Origin: an uncultured Candidatus Actinomarina sp.
Lineage (GTDB): Bacteria; Actinomycetota; Acidimicrobiia; Actinomarinales; Actinomarinaceae
Reading direction: 5' to 3'
DNA length: 64,000 nucleotides
NCBI GenBank assembly: GCA_902596545.1
Contig: CACJUH010000001.1
Location: forward strand, 6,858-70,857
Position numbers and translations under genes: made by a program. Position 1 is the first letter of the stretch; each line of letters starts with the position of its first letter. The notes beneath the pieces were generated by a model. The model was not told the DNA's origin and did not search any database. It worked only from the letters and a program-made list of their open reading frames with translations. Below are positions 1-9,471 of this stretch, one piece after another.

Positions 1-80
1 GTCGTAATGCATATCAAGGAAAAGGCGAAGAGCTCCTAAACGATCCTAGAGTAATAGATTTATATTTAGGAAAACTATAA
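1..80 (+). CDS. 3' end of branched-chain amino-acid ABC transporter ATP-binding protein (LivF-like), truncated by window edge
   Basis: Frame from nt 3 reads RNAYQGKGEELLNDPRVIDLYLGKL*, matching the LL.DP.V...YLG C-terminus of LivF; converges on a Liv-type binding protein gene. Confidence 0.75.
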   Translation, partial: RNAYQGKGEELLNDPRVIDLYLGKL

Positions 81-110
81 AAAAAAGGCCTGATTACTCA
101 GGCCTTTTTT
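81..110. terminator. Bidirectional intrinsic terminator
   Basis: AAAAAAGGCCTGA-TTAC-TCAGGCCTTTTTT perfect hairpin with A and T tails between convergent genes. Confidence 0.9.
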
Positions 111-125
111 AAATCTAATTAAAGA

Positions 126-1421
126 TTATGAACCGAAATCTACTGATTTAAGAACAGGGTTAGTATCACCCTCGGTTGTCCAAATATCGTAAGTAGCTGC
201 TGTTGGATCACCAACTGCATTTAATTCGATTTCACCAGATGCGCCAACATAGTCAACATCTACACCGTCAGCCGCAAGTGCAATACATGCAACTCCGATA
301 CATTTTTCACCACCAGATGATGCAGCAACTAAACCAGAAGCAATTTCTGGACCAGTTACACCATTAGCAGCTGCTGATATTGCCATGAGCATTACAGCAT
401 CATAAGCTTGTGGAGCAAAGATGAAAGTAGGAGAACCATCTGCAGAAACTTCTGCATAGGCTGCTTCAAATGCATCTTTTGCCTCACCTGCTGCGGAACC
501 AGGTGCTGTTCCCTTGAATCCATCAAGTGCAGTTCCTAGACCACACAATGATGCAAGACCAGCATCTTTGACACCGTCAGTCATGTACCAAGGAGTGTCA
601 AGAAGACCTTGTTCGAAAGCAGGTTGAAGAACACCACAACCAGTTTCTGGGAATAAAATTCCCACAATTGCATCAGCATCACCTTTACCAACAGCAGTTA
701 CTTCAGAAGTAAATTCTGATGCATCTGTTGCGTGGTAAACGATTGTCTTAACTGTTCCACCAGCTGCTTCAAAAGCTGCAGCAGTAGCTTCAGCAAGACC
801 TCTACCATAAGAGTCTGCTCTTGAAATTATAGAAACTGTTTGTACTCCATCTTCGACTAAGAGTGATGCTAATACATCACCTTGAAGAAGATCTGATGGA
901 GCAGTTCTTGCATAAAATCCTTTTTTATCAATTTTTGTAAATTGAGGACTTGTATTTGATGGAGAAACCATTACAACTTCAGCTGCAATTGCTGTGTCAA
1001 GTATTGCAAGAGAAGTACCGCTACATGCGGCTCCCATTACACCTTGTGCACCTTGTGCAATTACATCATTTAAACTTGTAAGAGCTACAGCTCCATCACA
1101 ACCACTATCACCCTCTATGAGGACAACGGGTTGACCATTAATACCGCCAGCAGCATTGATTTGCTCAACAGCAAGAGCCGCACCTAGTGCAATACCAGGT
1201 CCCAAAGATGCTAGATCACCAGATAAAGGCATTAATGATGCCAAAACTAGTGGATCAGCAGATGGAGCAGCTGTAGTTGCAGGAGCTTCAGTAGTAGCAG
1301 GAGCTTCAGTTGTTTCAACCTCTACCTCTGCCTCATCACTACCTCCGCTACCACTACCTCCACAGGCCGCAGCAACTAGTGCTAAAATCGCAATCAAAGC
1401 CAAAGCTTTGCGATTCTTCAT
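126..1421 (-). CDS. Branched-chain amino-acid ABC transporter substrate-binding lipoprotein (LivJ/K family)
   Basis: Lipobox AAAC, T/E/A/P-rich linker, PLSGD...INAAGG motif, GAACSG, RTAPSD; start set at MKNRK (ATG 1421) with SD GAAAGG upstream. Confidence 0.88.
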   Translation of the reverse strand: MKNRKALALIAILALVAAACGGSGSGGSDEAEVEVETTEAPATTEAPATTAAPSADPLVLASLMPLSGDLASLGPGIALGAALAVEQINAAGGINGQPVVLIEGDSGCDGAVALTSLNDVIAQGAQGVMGAACSGTSLAILDTAIAAEVVMVSPSNTSPQFTKIDKKGFYARTAPSDLLQGDVLASLLVEDGVQTVSIISRADSYGRGLAEATAAAFEAAGGTVKTIVYHATDASEFTSEVTAVGKGDADAIVGILFPETGCGVLQPAFEQGLLDTPWYMTDGVKDAGLASLCGLGTALDGFKGTAPGSAAGEAKDAFEAAYAEVSADGSPTFIFAPQAYDAVMLMAISAAANGVTGPEIASGLVAASSGGEKCIGVACIALAADGVDVDYVGASGEIELNAVGDPTAATYDIWTTEGDTNPVLKSVDFGS

Positions 1422-1537
1422 ATATAATTTCCTTTCAGTCACTGAAATTAAAAAATCCTACTAATTTGTAGGAATTCTTAAACAATAGCGGAAATTTAGT
1501 ACTATTCAATAGCAGAGTTAAATAATTTAATCATAAT

Positions 1538-2551
1538 ATGAATAACGCAATTGAAACCTTACTTTTAAGCCTAAGAGATGTTCAATATATTGAGCTATTT
1601 GTGTATATTTTTATAATATTTTTTATTATTTATGGTTGGAGAAAAGGTTTTCTACTTCAATTCTTTTACTTAATGACCTTATTAATTTCAGTTGCTTTAA
1701 GTTTCAGGTATTCATATCAAGTTGGATCTTATATAAGCAGTTGGTTCAATTCCAATATTCAATTGTCAGAAATATTTGGTGGAGTATTAATTTTTATTAC
1801 AATTTTGACTATTTCATCTTTCTTTCAAAATTTTATTATTAATAATCAAAAACAAAGAGATGTTGGAAACAAGCTTCTTGGTGCTTCTTTTTCATTGCTA
1901 GTTAGTAATTTAATTCTTACTCTTCTATTTACCATTACATCTATTATTTATGTTCCAAGCTTTTTAGAAAAATCAATTGAAAATTCCAATCTTATTTCAT
2001 TTTATACAGATACAAACGGAACCCCTCAACAGGCGTTAGAGCTTATTACAGGAACAGATCTTATAAAAGTAGTATCTAGAATTAAAGACCTTACTGGAAA
2101 GTCTTCCGTAGTAGTCAGTGAACAGGGTTGTATAGAGTTACCTAAATATTCTCTATCTAATCTATCAAACAATTTACAACAAAAAGATGAATTGTATGGA
2201 TTGTTGTTAGTTGAGAGAAGCGAAGAAAGTTTGGTTCCACTTGAATTAAGTGAAACTTTATCAGACGTAGCACTTAATTATGCTTATGAAATGTATCAAG
2301 AAGGTTTTTGGTGTCATAAGAATCCAACCAATGGTGAACTTGTAGGAGACAGGTTATCAAAAAAAGGTTTCCCCTATAAAGACATTGGTGAAAACTTAGC
2401 CCTCTCATCCTCAGTAAGATCTGGTCATAATAGTTTGATGAATTCAGAGTCACACAAAAACACAATTTTAGATAATGAATTTAAAAAAGTCGGAATCGGA
2501 ATTGTTTCTGGACCTTTAGGACTCATTATTGTTCAAATATTTTCCTCATGA
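1538..2551 (+). CDS. CvpA (colicin V production) family membrane protein fused to a C-terminal CAP/SCP domain
   Basis: N-terminal GWRKGFL plus 4 TM segments; C-terminal GENLA...LMNSESHKNTILD...VGIG CAP signature. Confidence 0.8.
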   Translation: MNNAIETLLLSLRDVQYIELFVYIFIIFFIIYGWRKGFLLQFFYLMTLLISVALSFRYSYQVGSYISSWFNSNIQLSEIFGGVLIFITILTISSFFQNFIINNQKQRDVGNKLLGASFSLLVSNLILTLLFTITSIIYVPSFLEKSIENSNLISFYTDTNGTPQQALELITGTDLIKVVSRIKDLTGKSSVVVSEQGCIELPKYSLSNLSNNLQQKDELYGLLLVERSEESLVPLELSETLSDVALNYAYEMYQEGFWCHKNPTNGELVGDRLSKKGFPYKDIGENLALSSSVRSGHNSLMNSESHKNTILDNEFKKVGIGIVSGPLGLIIVQIFSS

Positions 2552-2853
2552 ATTTTCAATTTTCTGAATTAGTATCTCAGATAATCAAAGGTTTAAAATT
2601 TTATTTTGAAAAAAACCAAATAGAAGTAAATGAAAATTTTTATGAAGAATTAATGAATATATTAAATATTGAACTCTCTAAACCATTTAGTAAGCAAACA
2701 TTTACACCAACACAATTATTAAATGATTATATTAAAAATGAATTAAAAGATGATTTAAAGATTACTCCCCATGAGTTAGGAAGCGAACTTAACAATTCTT
2801 TAATTTTATGGGGTATAGAAAAAGCTAAGTATTTTAATGACAAATCAATTTAA
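2548..2853 (+). CDS. Hypothetical protein
   Basis: 101-aa ORF overlapping both neighbours (ATGA coupling upstream). Confidence 0.6.
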   Translation: MNFQFSELVSQIIKGLKFYFEKNQIEVNENFYEELMNILNIELSKPFSKQTFTPTQLLNDYIKNELKDDLKITPHELGSELNNSLILWGIEKAKYFNDKSI

Positions 2854-4126
2854 AAAAAAAGATGTTTGGCTAAATACTTATCCAATTTTTTTATGGTTAG
2901 TTTCTGAACCATTAGTTGGTTTAATTGATTCAAAAATTGCAAGCTATATAGATATTGATGTCTTATCAGCCGTAGGTATAGGAGAAACGGTATATTTTGT
3001 ATTTATTTGGATTTTTGTTTTTTTAGCATACGGCACAACACCTTACGTGTCTAATCTACAAGCAACAAAACAAGTACATAAATTAAACTACTTCATTACA
3101 TTTGGTAGAAATTCATCAGTGCTTATAGGGTTAATATCTGCGAGTTTATTAATTCTTACTTCTACTGAGCTTATTAATTTTTTTGAACCTACAAAAGTTG
3201 TTTCTTCTAAGGCAAATTCATATTTAATTTTACGAAGCCTTGGTTTGCCATTCTATTTACTAAATATGCACTCAACAGCTGTATTAAGGGGAATGAAATA
3301 TCCAAAAATTACTTTATATTCCTCAACAATTGTTGGAGTAGCAAATGTGATATTAAGTTACTTTCTCGGGATAGTCTTAAATTTTGGAGTTGAAGGCATT
3401 GCGATTGCAAGCTCAGTAGCTTTTTTAATAAGCTCAATATATTCAACAAAAGTCTTGATTAGCACACAAACGAAAACATCAAATTTTGTTAAGTTACATG
3501 AAAAAAAAGAGATAAGTAAAAAGTTTTTTAGTATAGGGTTTTTCATTTTTATAAGATCAATGTTCCTGACACTATTTATGGCTTATTTAAGAAATCAAGC
3601 TTCACTAATGTCCATGTCAGAAATAGCTTTGCAACATGTTTTATTGCAACTCTGGTCTTTTGGTTATGTTTTTGTTGATGCATTAGCTATTGCAGCTCAA
3701 ACTTTAGTTGCAGAATATAAAGCAAAATTTAATAATTACAAAAACTCAGAACTCAAAAAATATCTTAATAGTCTAACTTTTAAAATTGCAATCTTTCTCT
3801 TTATTACTTCCTTTATATTTCTTGAAAATATAGTTCTTTTAATTACAGAAGCATCCCTTGTTTTAATTATTGATAACGAACTTAAAACATTGTTTGCATT
3901 GAGCTTACTAATCGGAAGCTTTGCATTTTTATGGGATGGCGTATTACTGGGATTAGACAAATCTAAACAGTTTTCAATTTTGACTGTTGTATCATCTTTG
4001 ATTGGGTTTTTATCTTGTGTATATTTACTAAGTCAAGACAACTCATTATCTAGTTTGTGGATAGGTTTAAATTTAAGTTTGTTATACCGGGGATTAGTAG
4101 GTTTTTACTATCAGATAGAGTATTAA
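2837..4126 (+). CDS. MATE family efflux transporter (DinF-like)
   Basis: EPLVGLIDS, FLAYGTT, DALAIAAQ, DGVLLG motifs; about 12 TM segments. Confidence 0.85.
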   Translation: MTNQFKKKDVWLNTYPIFLWLVSEPLVGLIDSKIASYIDIDVLSAVGIGETVYFVFIWIFVFLAYGTTPYVSNLQATKQVHKLNYFITFGRNSSVLIGLISASLLILTSTELINFFEPTKVVSSKANSYLILRSLGLPFYLLNMHSTAVLRGMKYPKITLYSSTIVGVANVILSYFLGIVLNFGVEGIAIASSVAFLISSIYSTKVLISTQTKTSNFVKLHEKKEISKKFFSIGFFIFIRSMFLTLFMAYLRNQASLMSMSEIALQHVLLQLWSFGYVFVDALAIAAQTLVAEYKAKFNNYKNSELKKYLNSLTFKIAIFLFITSFIFLENIVLLITEASLVLIIDNELKTLFALSLLIGSFAFLWDGVLLGLDKSKQFSILTVVSSLIGFLSCVYLLSQDNSLSSLWIGLNLSLLYRGLVGFYYQIEY

Positions 4127-4767
4127 TCTACCGCTTTTAATATTGGTCGGTCAAGATAATAACTTAATATCTGTAATTCTTGTGACAAGTCAACTGATCT
4201 TATTTGAACATCTTTAACATTTTTAAGGAGAACAGGAGCAAAATTAAGTATTGATCGAACCCCACAGTTTATTAATTCATCTGCCACACTCTGTGCAAAT
4301 TCCCCTGGGGTGGCGATAATTCCAATTGCAACATTAAATTTATTACAATAGTCTTGTAAATCACTCAAAGGTTTGACAACCAATCCTGCAACTTGACTAT
4401 TAATTTTTTTTGAATCATCATCGAATAAGCCGACAACTCCGAAACCTTTGTCTTTGAAACCACCATAGTGAGCTAAAGCTGATCCCAAATTTCCTACTCC
4501 AACAATTACAGCACTCCAACCTTCAACTAGTCCGAGTTCTAACTGAAGTTGATTTCTAAGTGTAGATACATCATATCCAACGCCTCTAGTTCCTAAGGTG
4601 CCTAGGTATGATAAATCTCTTCTCACTTGAGCATCATTAACTTTTGCTATCTCTGCGAGTTTTTTTGACGAAATACCGATAGCATCTTGGTCAACTTGAT
4701 CAAGACATTGAAGATAAAGAGGCAATCTCTTTACAGTAGCTGGTGGTATTTTTTTAATTTCTTTCAC
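4123..4767 (-). CDS. rex: Redox-sensing (NADH/NAD+) transcriptional repressor Rex
   Basis: IPPATVKRLPLY, QVRRDLSYLG..GTRGVGY, GVGNLGSAL, ILNFAP motifs. Confidence 0.96.
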   Translation of the reverse strand: MKEIKKIPPATVKRLPLYLQCLDQVDQDAIGISSKKLAEIAKVNDAQVRRDLSYLGTLGTRGVGYDVSTLRNQLQLELGLVEGWSAVIVGVGNLGSALAHYGGFKDKGFGVVGLFDDDSKKINSQVAGLVVKPLSDLQDYCNKFNVAIGIIATPGEFAQSVADELINCGVRSILNFAPVLLKNVKDVQIRSVDLSQELQILSYYLDRPILKAVD

Positions 4768-4874
4768 TAATGCACAATCTAATTAGATATGAAAGTTATA
4801 TGTAATTAAATCAAATTATTTATTATGTTTATTCAGTTTCTTATTAATGAATTTTCAATGTATGTTAGTAAATA

Positions 4875-6143
4875 ATGCAAAAATACACTGATTTATATGA
4901 TGTTTTAATTATTGGGGCCGGTCCTGCTGGCTCAAATGCTGCAATTTCCTATAAAAAATTAAATCCAACTTTAAAGGTAGGTCTTATAGATAAAGCTATA
5001 TTTCCGAGAGATAAATCATGCGGTGATGCAATTGGTCCTGGTGTAATTAGTGCCTTGAAAAGGTTCAACAATGAACATATTTTAGATAATGAACCACAGG
5101 TGGTATCAACTACTCTTTATGGTCCTGAAAACATTGGAATTCAAAATTATATACCTGAAGTAAAGAACAAAGAAGATTCAATAGTTTATGTCGTTCCGAG
5201 GATTGACCTTGACAATAGAATATTAAATTTAGCAAAAGATTTAGAAGTAGATGTATTTGAAGGCTATAGCTTTGTTGCATTTGAAGAAGACATAGATAAA
5301 AAATTAGTCGTAGAAATAAAAAATGAAAACCACATTTTAAAATTCGGAACCAAAATTTTAGTAGGCGCTGATGGTGCAAATTCACGCGTAAGGAAGCAAC
5401 TAAATGTTAATACTAATAGTGATTGGCATAAGGCAATAGCGATTAGAGCTTATATAGACAGTCCGAATTATCTTGAAATTTTTAAAGAAAGATCCTTAAT
5501 GTTTGAAATTAATGTATCAGCTGAAAAAGGTTATGCATGGGCTTTTCCGAGTAAAGGTAATTTATTAAACATCGGAATTGGAGTACCTTTAAACATCTTT
5601 AAAAAGGAAAAACTAGACATTAATGTATTACTTCAAGACTTCATAAAACAGTTAGAAAATAGAGGTGTAGTAGTTGAGAATGTAAGGGATGAAAAATCAT
5701 ACTTGCTTCCATTTGCATCTTCAAGACCAAAGATTACACAAAATATAAATGTCACCTTAATTGGGGATGCAAGCTCAATGATTAATCCTATGAGTGGAGA
5801 AGGAATTTTTTATGGGATGGAAGCGGGCTACCTTTTAGCAGAAAATACTCATAATCTTTTGGACTCACCAGATTTGAATAAGGGCATAGTATCTTATGAA
5901 AAAGCATTTTCGAAAAGATTCAAAAAACATTATTTAAGTTGTGCATTAGCACGTCTTGTACTCCAAAGCCCTTTCATGACCAAAAGACTTTTAAAAGTAG
6001 CTTCCAACGATCAGGATACAATTGATTTTGTAGTAGAACTTTTATTTGATGAAGCTTATTTAACATTTAGGGAAGTGGTAAAAATTATGTATAAATTTTT
6101 ACTTCCTTCAAAATTACTTTTTTTGCTATCGAAAAACTCATAG
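4875..6143 (+). CDS. Geranylgeranyl reductase family FAD-dependent oxidoreductase (possible menaquinone side-chain reductase, MenJ-like)
   Basis: GAGPAG, FPRDKSCGD, GADGANS, GYAWAFP, GDA...NPMSGEGI; lies directly upstream of nuoA. Confidence 0.8.
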   Translation: MQKYTDLYDVLIIGAGPAGSNAAISYKKLNPTLKVGLIDKAIFPRDKSCGDAIGPGVISALKRFNNEHILDNEPQVVSTTLYGPENIGIQNYIPEVKNKEDSIVYVVPRIDLDNRILNLAKDLEVDVFEGYSFVAFEEDIDKKLVVEIKNENHILKFGTKILVGADGANSRVRKQLNVNTNSDWHKAIAIRAYIDSPNYLEIFKERSLMFEINVSAEKGYAWAFPSKGNLLNIGIGVPLNIFKKEKLDINVLLQDFIKQLENRGVVVENVRDEKSYLLPFASSRPKITQNINVTLIGDASSMINPMSGEGIFYGMEAGYLLAENTHNLLDSPDLNKGIVSYEKAFSKRFKKHYLSCALARLVLQSPFMTKRLLKVASNDQDTIDFVVELLFDEAYLTFREVVKIMYKFLLPSKLLFLLSKNS

Positions 6144-6188
6144 TCAGCTGAATTTAACATCATATTGATAGTAGAATAAGAAGTAAGC

Positions 6189-6206
6189 TTGTGAAAATTT
6201 TCACAA
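6189..6206. promoter_or_regulatory. Rex operator (ROP)
   Basis: TTGTGAAAATTTTCACAA, exact match to Rex consensus TTGTGAA-N4-TTCACAA, 13 nt before nuoA ATG; rex is 1.4 kb away. Confidence 0.92.
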
Positions 6207-6219
6207 ATACGGAGGGAAC

Positions 6220-6624
6220 ATGACTGATTGGTTACCAGTTTTGGTAATGTTTGTTGTTGCTGTAGGGTTTGCACTAGCCTCGCTTGGTGCTTCGTATTTA
6301 TTGTCTCCTAAAAAAGCAACACCTGAAAAATTAGCACCCTATGAATGTGGTATATTTCCTGAAGTAGAGCCTTCGCAGCGATTTCCGGTCAAATTCTACA
6401 TGGTTGCAATGTTATATATAGTTTTTGATATAGAAATTATATTTTTATTTGCTTGGGCTACTAGATTTAATGATCTTGGATGGTATGGAATATTAGCTAT
6501 TTCTATTTTTACTTTTTTCGTTCTTGAGACTTTGTATTATGTCTGGAAAAAAGGAGTGCTTGACTGGAATATTCCAAGAAGAGAGCGTTATCTCAAGCAA
6601 GATTTAACTAAAGAGGCAGCTTAA
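6220..6624 (+). CDS. nuoA: NADH-quinone oxidoreductase subunit A (cluster 1)
   Basis: [17 protein letters not shown]; SD GGAGGG. Confidence 0.95.
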   Translation: MTDWLPVLVMFVVAVGFALASLGASYLLSPKKATPEKLAPYECGIFPEVEPSQRFPVKFYMVAMLYIVFDIEIIFLFAWATRFNDLGWYGILAISIFTFFVLETLYYVWKKGVLDWNIPRRERYLKQDLTKEAA

Positions 6625-7085
6625 TGTATACACCTGACAACATTCTTACAACAACTATCGATAAAGCGGTAAGGTGGTCACGAACGCAATCTATGTGGCC
6701 AGTAACCTTCGGTCTTGCATGTTGCGCAATAGAAATGATGGCAGCTGGAAGCGCTAAATATGATTTAGCAAGATACGGAATGGAAGTTTTTAGAGCATCT
6801 CCAAGACAAGCAGATTTGATGATTGTTGCTGGAAGAGTTTCACAAAAAATGGCCCCTGTTTTAAGACAAGTATATGACCAAATGGCAGATCCAAAATGGG
6901 TTATTGCTATGGGTGCTTGTTCATCAACAGGTGGAATGTTTAACAATTATGCATTAGTTCAGGGAGTAGATCATATTGTACCAGTTGATATTTATGTTCC
7001 AGGTTGTCCTCCTGGACCACAGTCCTTGATGCATGGAATTCTAACTTTGCATGACAAGATTATGGATGGTGAAATAAATCGATGA
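6624..7085 (+). CDS. nuoB: NADH-quinone oxidoreductase subunit B (cluster 1)
   Basis: [28 protein letters not shown] (N2 cluster ligands). Confidence 0.97.
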   Translation: MYTPDNILTTTIDKAVRWSRTQSMWPVTFGLACCAIEMMAAGSAKYDLARYGMEVFRASPRQADLMIVAGRVSQKMAPVLRQVYDQMADPKWVIAMGACSSTGGMFNNYALVQGVDHIVPVDIYVPGCPPGPQSLMHGILTLHDKIMDGEINR

Positions 7086-7495
7086 GTTCTGAAATTATTA
7101 ATACATCAGTTGAAGAATACAAAAAATTAGTTGAGTCTTTGCATTCGGAAAATTATGAGATGATGGTAGATCTAACTGTAGTAGATTGGTTTAGAAAAAA
7201 AGAACTGAGATTTGAAGTAGTTGTTCAATTTTTATCAATTTCAAAAAATCAAAGAAAAACAATAAAAGTATTTGTTGATGATGAAGATTTATCAATCCCA
7301 TCAATAACTGATATTTACCCAAGTGCCAATTTTTATGAAAGAGAAGCTTTTGATATGTTTGGTATAAATTTTTTAGAACATCCTGATCTAACAAGAATTT
7401 TGATGCCAGATGATTGGAATGGCCACCCTTTAAGAAAAAATTATGGTTCTGGCAGAATCCCAGTCCAATTTAAAAATGCACCAAAGGTTGAATAA
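7082..7495 (+). CDS. nuoC: NADH-quinone oxidoreductase subunit C (cluster 1)
   Basis: [11 protein letters not shown]...[20 protein letters not shown]. Confidence 0.95.
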   Translation: MSSEIINTSVEEYKKLVESLHSENYEMMVDLTVVDWFRKKELRFEVVVQFLSISKNQRKTIKVFVDDEDLSIPSITDIYPSANFYEREAFDMFGINFLEHPDLTRILMPDDWNGHPLRKNYGSGRIPVQFKNAPKVE

Positions 7496-8860
7496 TTGAA
7501 GAAAGATACTAGAAAAAATAAATTTAAAGACAAATTTGATTTCTGGGCAACAAATTCTGAGGAAGGTGGCTGGAACATTTCTTCTACTGATGAAGGCTCT
7601 CAGAAAATGCTTGAAGAAGAAAATGAAAAACAAATAAAAATTCAAACAGGGACAGATGTCATCGATGATTTTGTAATCGATGAAGACACTTCTGACGATG
7701 AAAGAATGATTGTTAATATGGGACCTCAGCATCCATCAACTCATGGTGTTTTAAGGCTACAAGCTGAGCTAGAGGGAGAAGTAGTTAGAAGAGTTAAGCC
7801 AATAATTGGATACTTACATACCGGAATGGAGAAAACGGGAGAAGAGTTAAATTATTTTCAAGGTCCAACAAATACAACAAGAATGGATTATTTATCTCCA
7901 TTATTTAACGAGTTGGTCTTTTCCTTAACTACAGAAAAACTAATTGGGATTGAAGTTCCTGATCGAGCAAAAAATATAAGAATTCTTATGACAGAGCTAA
8001 ACAGAATATCTTCACATTTAGTCGCCCTGGCAACTGGTGGAATGGATATAGGTGCTTTATCAATGATGATTTTTGGATTCAGGGAGCGAGAGTTAATACT
8101 TAATTTTTTTGAAAAAACTACAGGTCTAAGAATGAACCATAATTATATTCGTCCAGGCGGAGTAGCAGCAGACCTTCCTGATGGATGGCAAACAGATATA
8201 GAAGAAATTTTAAAAATAATTCCTGAAAAACTTCAAGATTACGATGATATGTTGCTTGATAATCCAATTTGGAAAGGACGTTTACAAAACGTAGGTATTC
8301 TCACAACAGAAGAGTGTTTTGCTTACGGCGTTACAGGACCAAGTTTAAGAGCAAGTGGTCACTCTTGGGATTTGAGAAAAGCTCAACCATATTCTGGAAT
8401 TGAAAACTTTGAATTCGAAGTACCAGTTCTTAATGAGGGAGATGTTTTTGCAAGGTGGAGAATTAAAGTTCTTGAGATTTTTGAGAGTTTAAAAATTGTA
8501 GAACAAGCAGTTAATAAAATGCCAAAAGGTCCATACAAAGTACAAGACAAAAAGATTACACCTCCGCCCAGAAAAAGACTTGATGAGTCTATGGAAGCAT
8601 TAATTCATCATTTTAAAATTTATACTGAGGGATTTAAGGTTCCTGAAGGAGATGCATATGTTGCTATAGAATCTCCAAGAGGTGAGCTCGGCTGTTATAT
8701 AGTTTCTGATGGTTCTTCGAAACCATACAGAATGCACGTCAGAGGTCCTTCATTTTGTAATCTTCAGGCTTTGCCTGTAATAATGACTGATAGTCCAATT
8801 GCAGACGCTGTTGCTGCTATCGCATCGTTAGATCCTGTGATTGGAGATGTTGACAGATGA
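7496..8860 (+). CDS. nuoD: NADH-quinone oxidoreductase subunit D (cluster 1)
   Basis: NMGPQHPSTHGVLRL, RMDY, ESPRGELG, C-terminal GDVDR; start uncertain. Confidence 0.96.
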   Translation: MKKDTRKNKFKDKFDFWATNSEEGGWNISSTDEGSQKMLEEENEKQIKIQTGTDVIDDFVIDEDTSDDERMIVNMGPQHPSTHGVLRLQAELEGEVVRRVKPIIGYLHTGMEKTGEELNYFQGPTNTTRMDYLSPLFNELVFSLTTEKLIGIEVPDRAKNIRILMTELNRISSHLVALATGGMDIGALSMMIFGFRERELILNFFEKTTGLRMNHNYIRPGGVAADLPDGWQTDIEEILKIIPEKLQDYDDMLLDNPIWKGRLQNVGILTTEECFAYGVTGPSLRASGHSWDLRKAQPYSGIENFEFEVPVLNEGDVFARWRIKVLEIFESLKIVEQAVNKMPKGPYKVQDKKITPPPRKRLDESMEALIHHFKIYTEGFKVPEGDAYVAIESPRGELGCYIVSDGSSKPYRMHVRGPSFCNLQALPVIMTDSPIADAVAAIASLDPVIGDVDR

Positions 8861-9471
8861 GCTGGAACGATTCAATGATAAAGCAAGCTAAAAAGATAAT
8901 AAAAATGTATCCCCAAAAGAGATCAGCAATTGGTCCACTTTTACACCTTGCACAAAGTAAAGATGGCTATATATCAGACGACTCTATTGCCGTAATAAGT
9001 GAATTGGTGGGCATTACAGAGGTTCAGGTCAAATCAGTGTCAACTTTTTACTCTATGTACAAGCAAGAACCAACAGGAAAATATCTTTTAAGTGTTTGTA
9101 AATCTATTTCCTGTGAGATAAACAATTCTAAAGAGATAATTGATGTTGTTAAAGACTTTACAGGGCTTAACAATAATGAAACTGATGAGAATGACTTATT
9201 TACATTTGAAGCAGTTGAATGTATAGGAGCATGTGGTGGAGCTCCTGCAATGCAAATAAATTATGAAACTGTTGAAGGCCTGTCTTCTGAAAACACTATA
9301 AAACTCTGCGAGTGGCTAAAAGAAGAACAACCTGATGTGATAATTGCTGAAGAAATGCAAGATAATTTCGGAGGAACAAAATCTTTTGACTGGGCTATTA
9401 AAGACCAATCGGGAACTACAGGTTCTGTGCCAGGATTTCAAACATTTAACACTACAAAGGAGAAAAAGTGA
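8857..9471 (+). CDS. nuoE: NADH-quinone oxidoreductase subunit E
   Basis: TFYSMY, CKSISC and CIGACGGAP [2Fe-2S] motif. Confidence 0.94.
   Translation: MSWNDSMIKQAKKIIKMYPQKRSAIGPLLHLAQSKDGYISDDSIAVISELVGITEVQVKSVSTFYSMYKQEPTGKYLLSVCKSISCEINNSKEIIDVVKDFTGLNNNETDENDLFTFEAVECIGACGGAPAMQINYETVEGLSSENTIKLCEWLKEEQPDVIIAEEMQDNFGGTKSFDWAIKDQSGTTGSVPGFQTFNTTKEKK

Noticed and set aside
1263-1320. TTEAPA-type repeats in the Liv binding-protein linker
   Set aside because: Ordinary low-complexity lipoprotein tether; not a CRISPR or mobile repeat.
4760-4777. Possible Rex autoregulatory site at the rex start (TGCACAA half-site)
   Set aside because: Only one half matches the consensus; not enough to call an operator.
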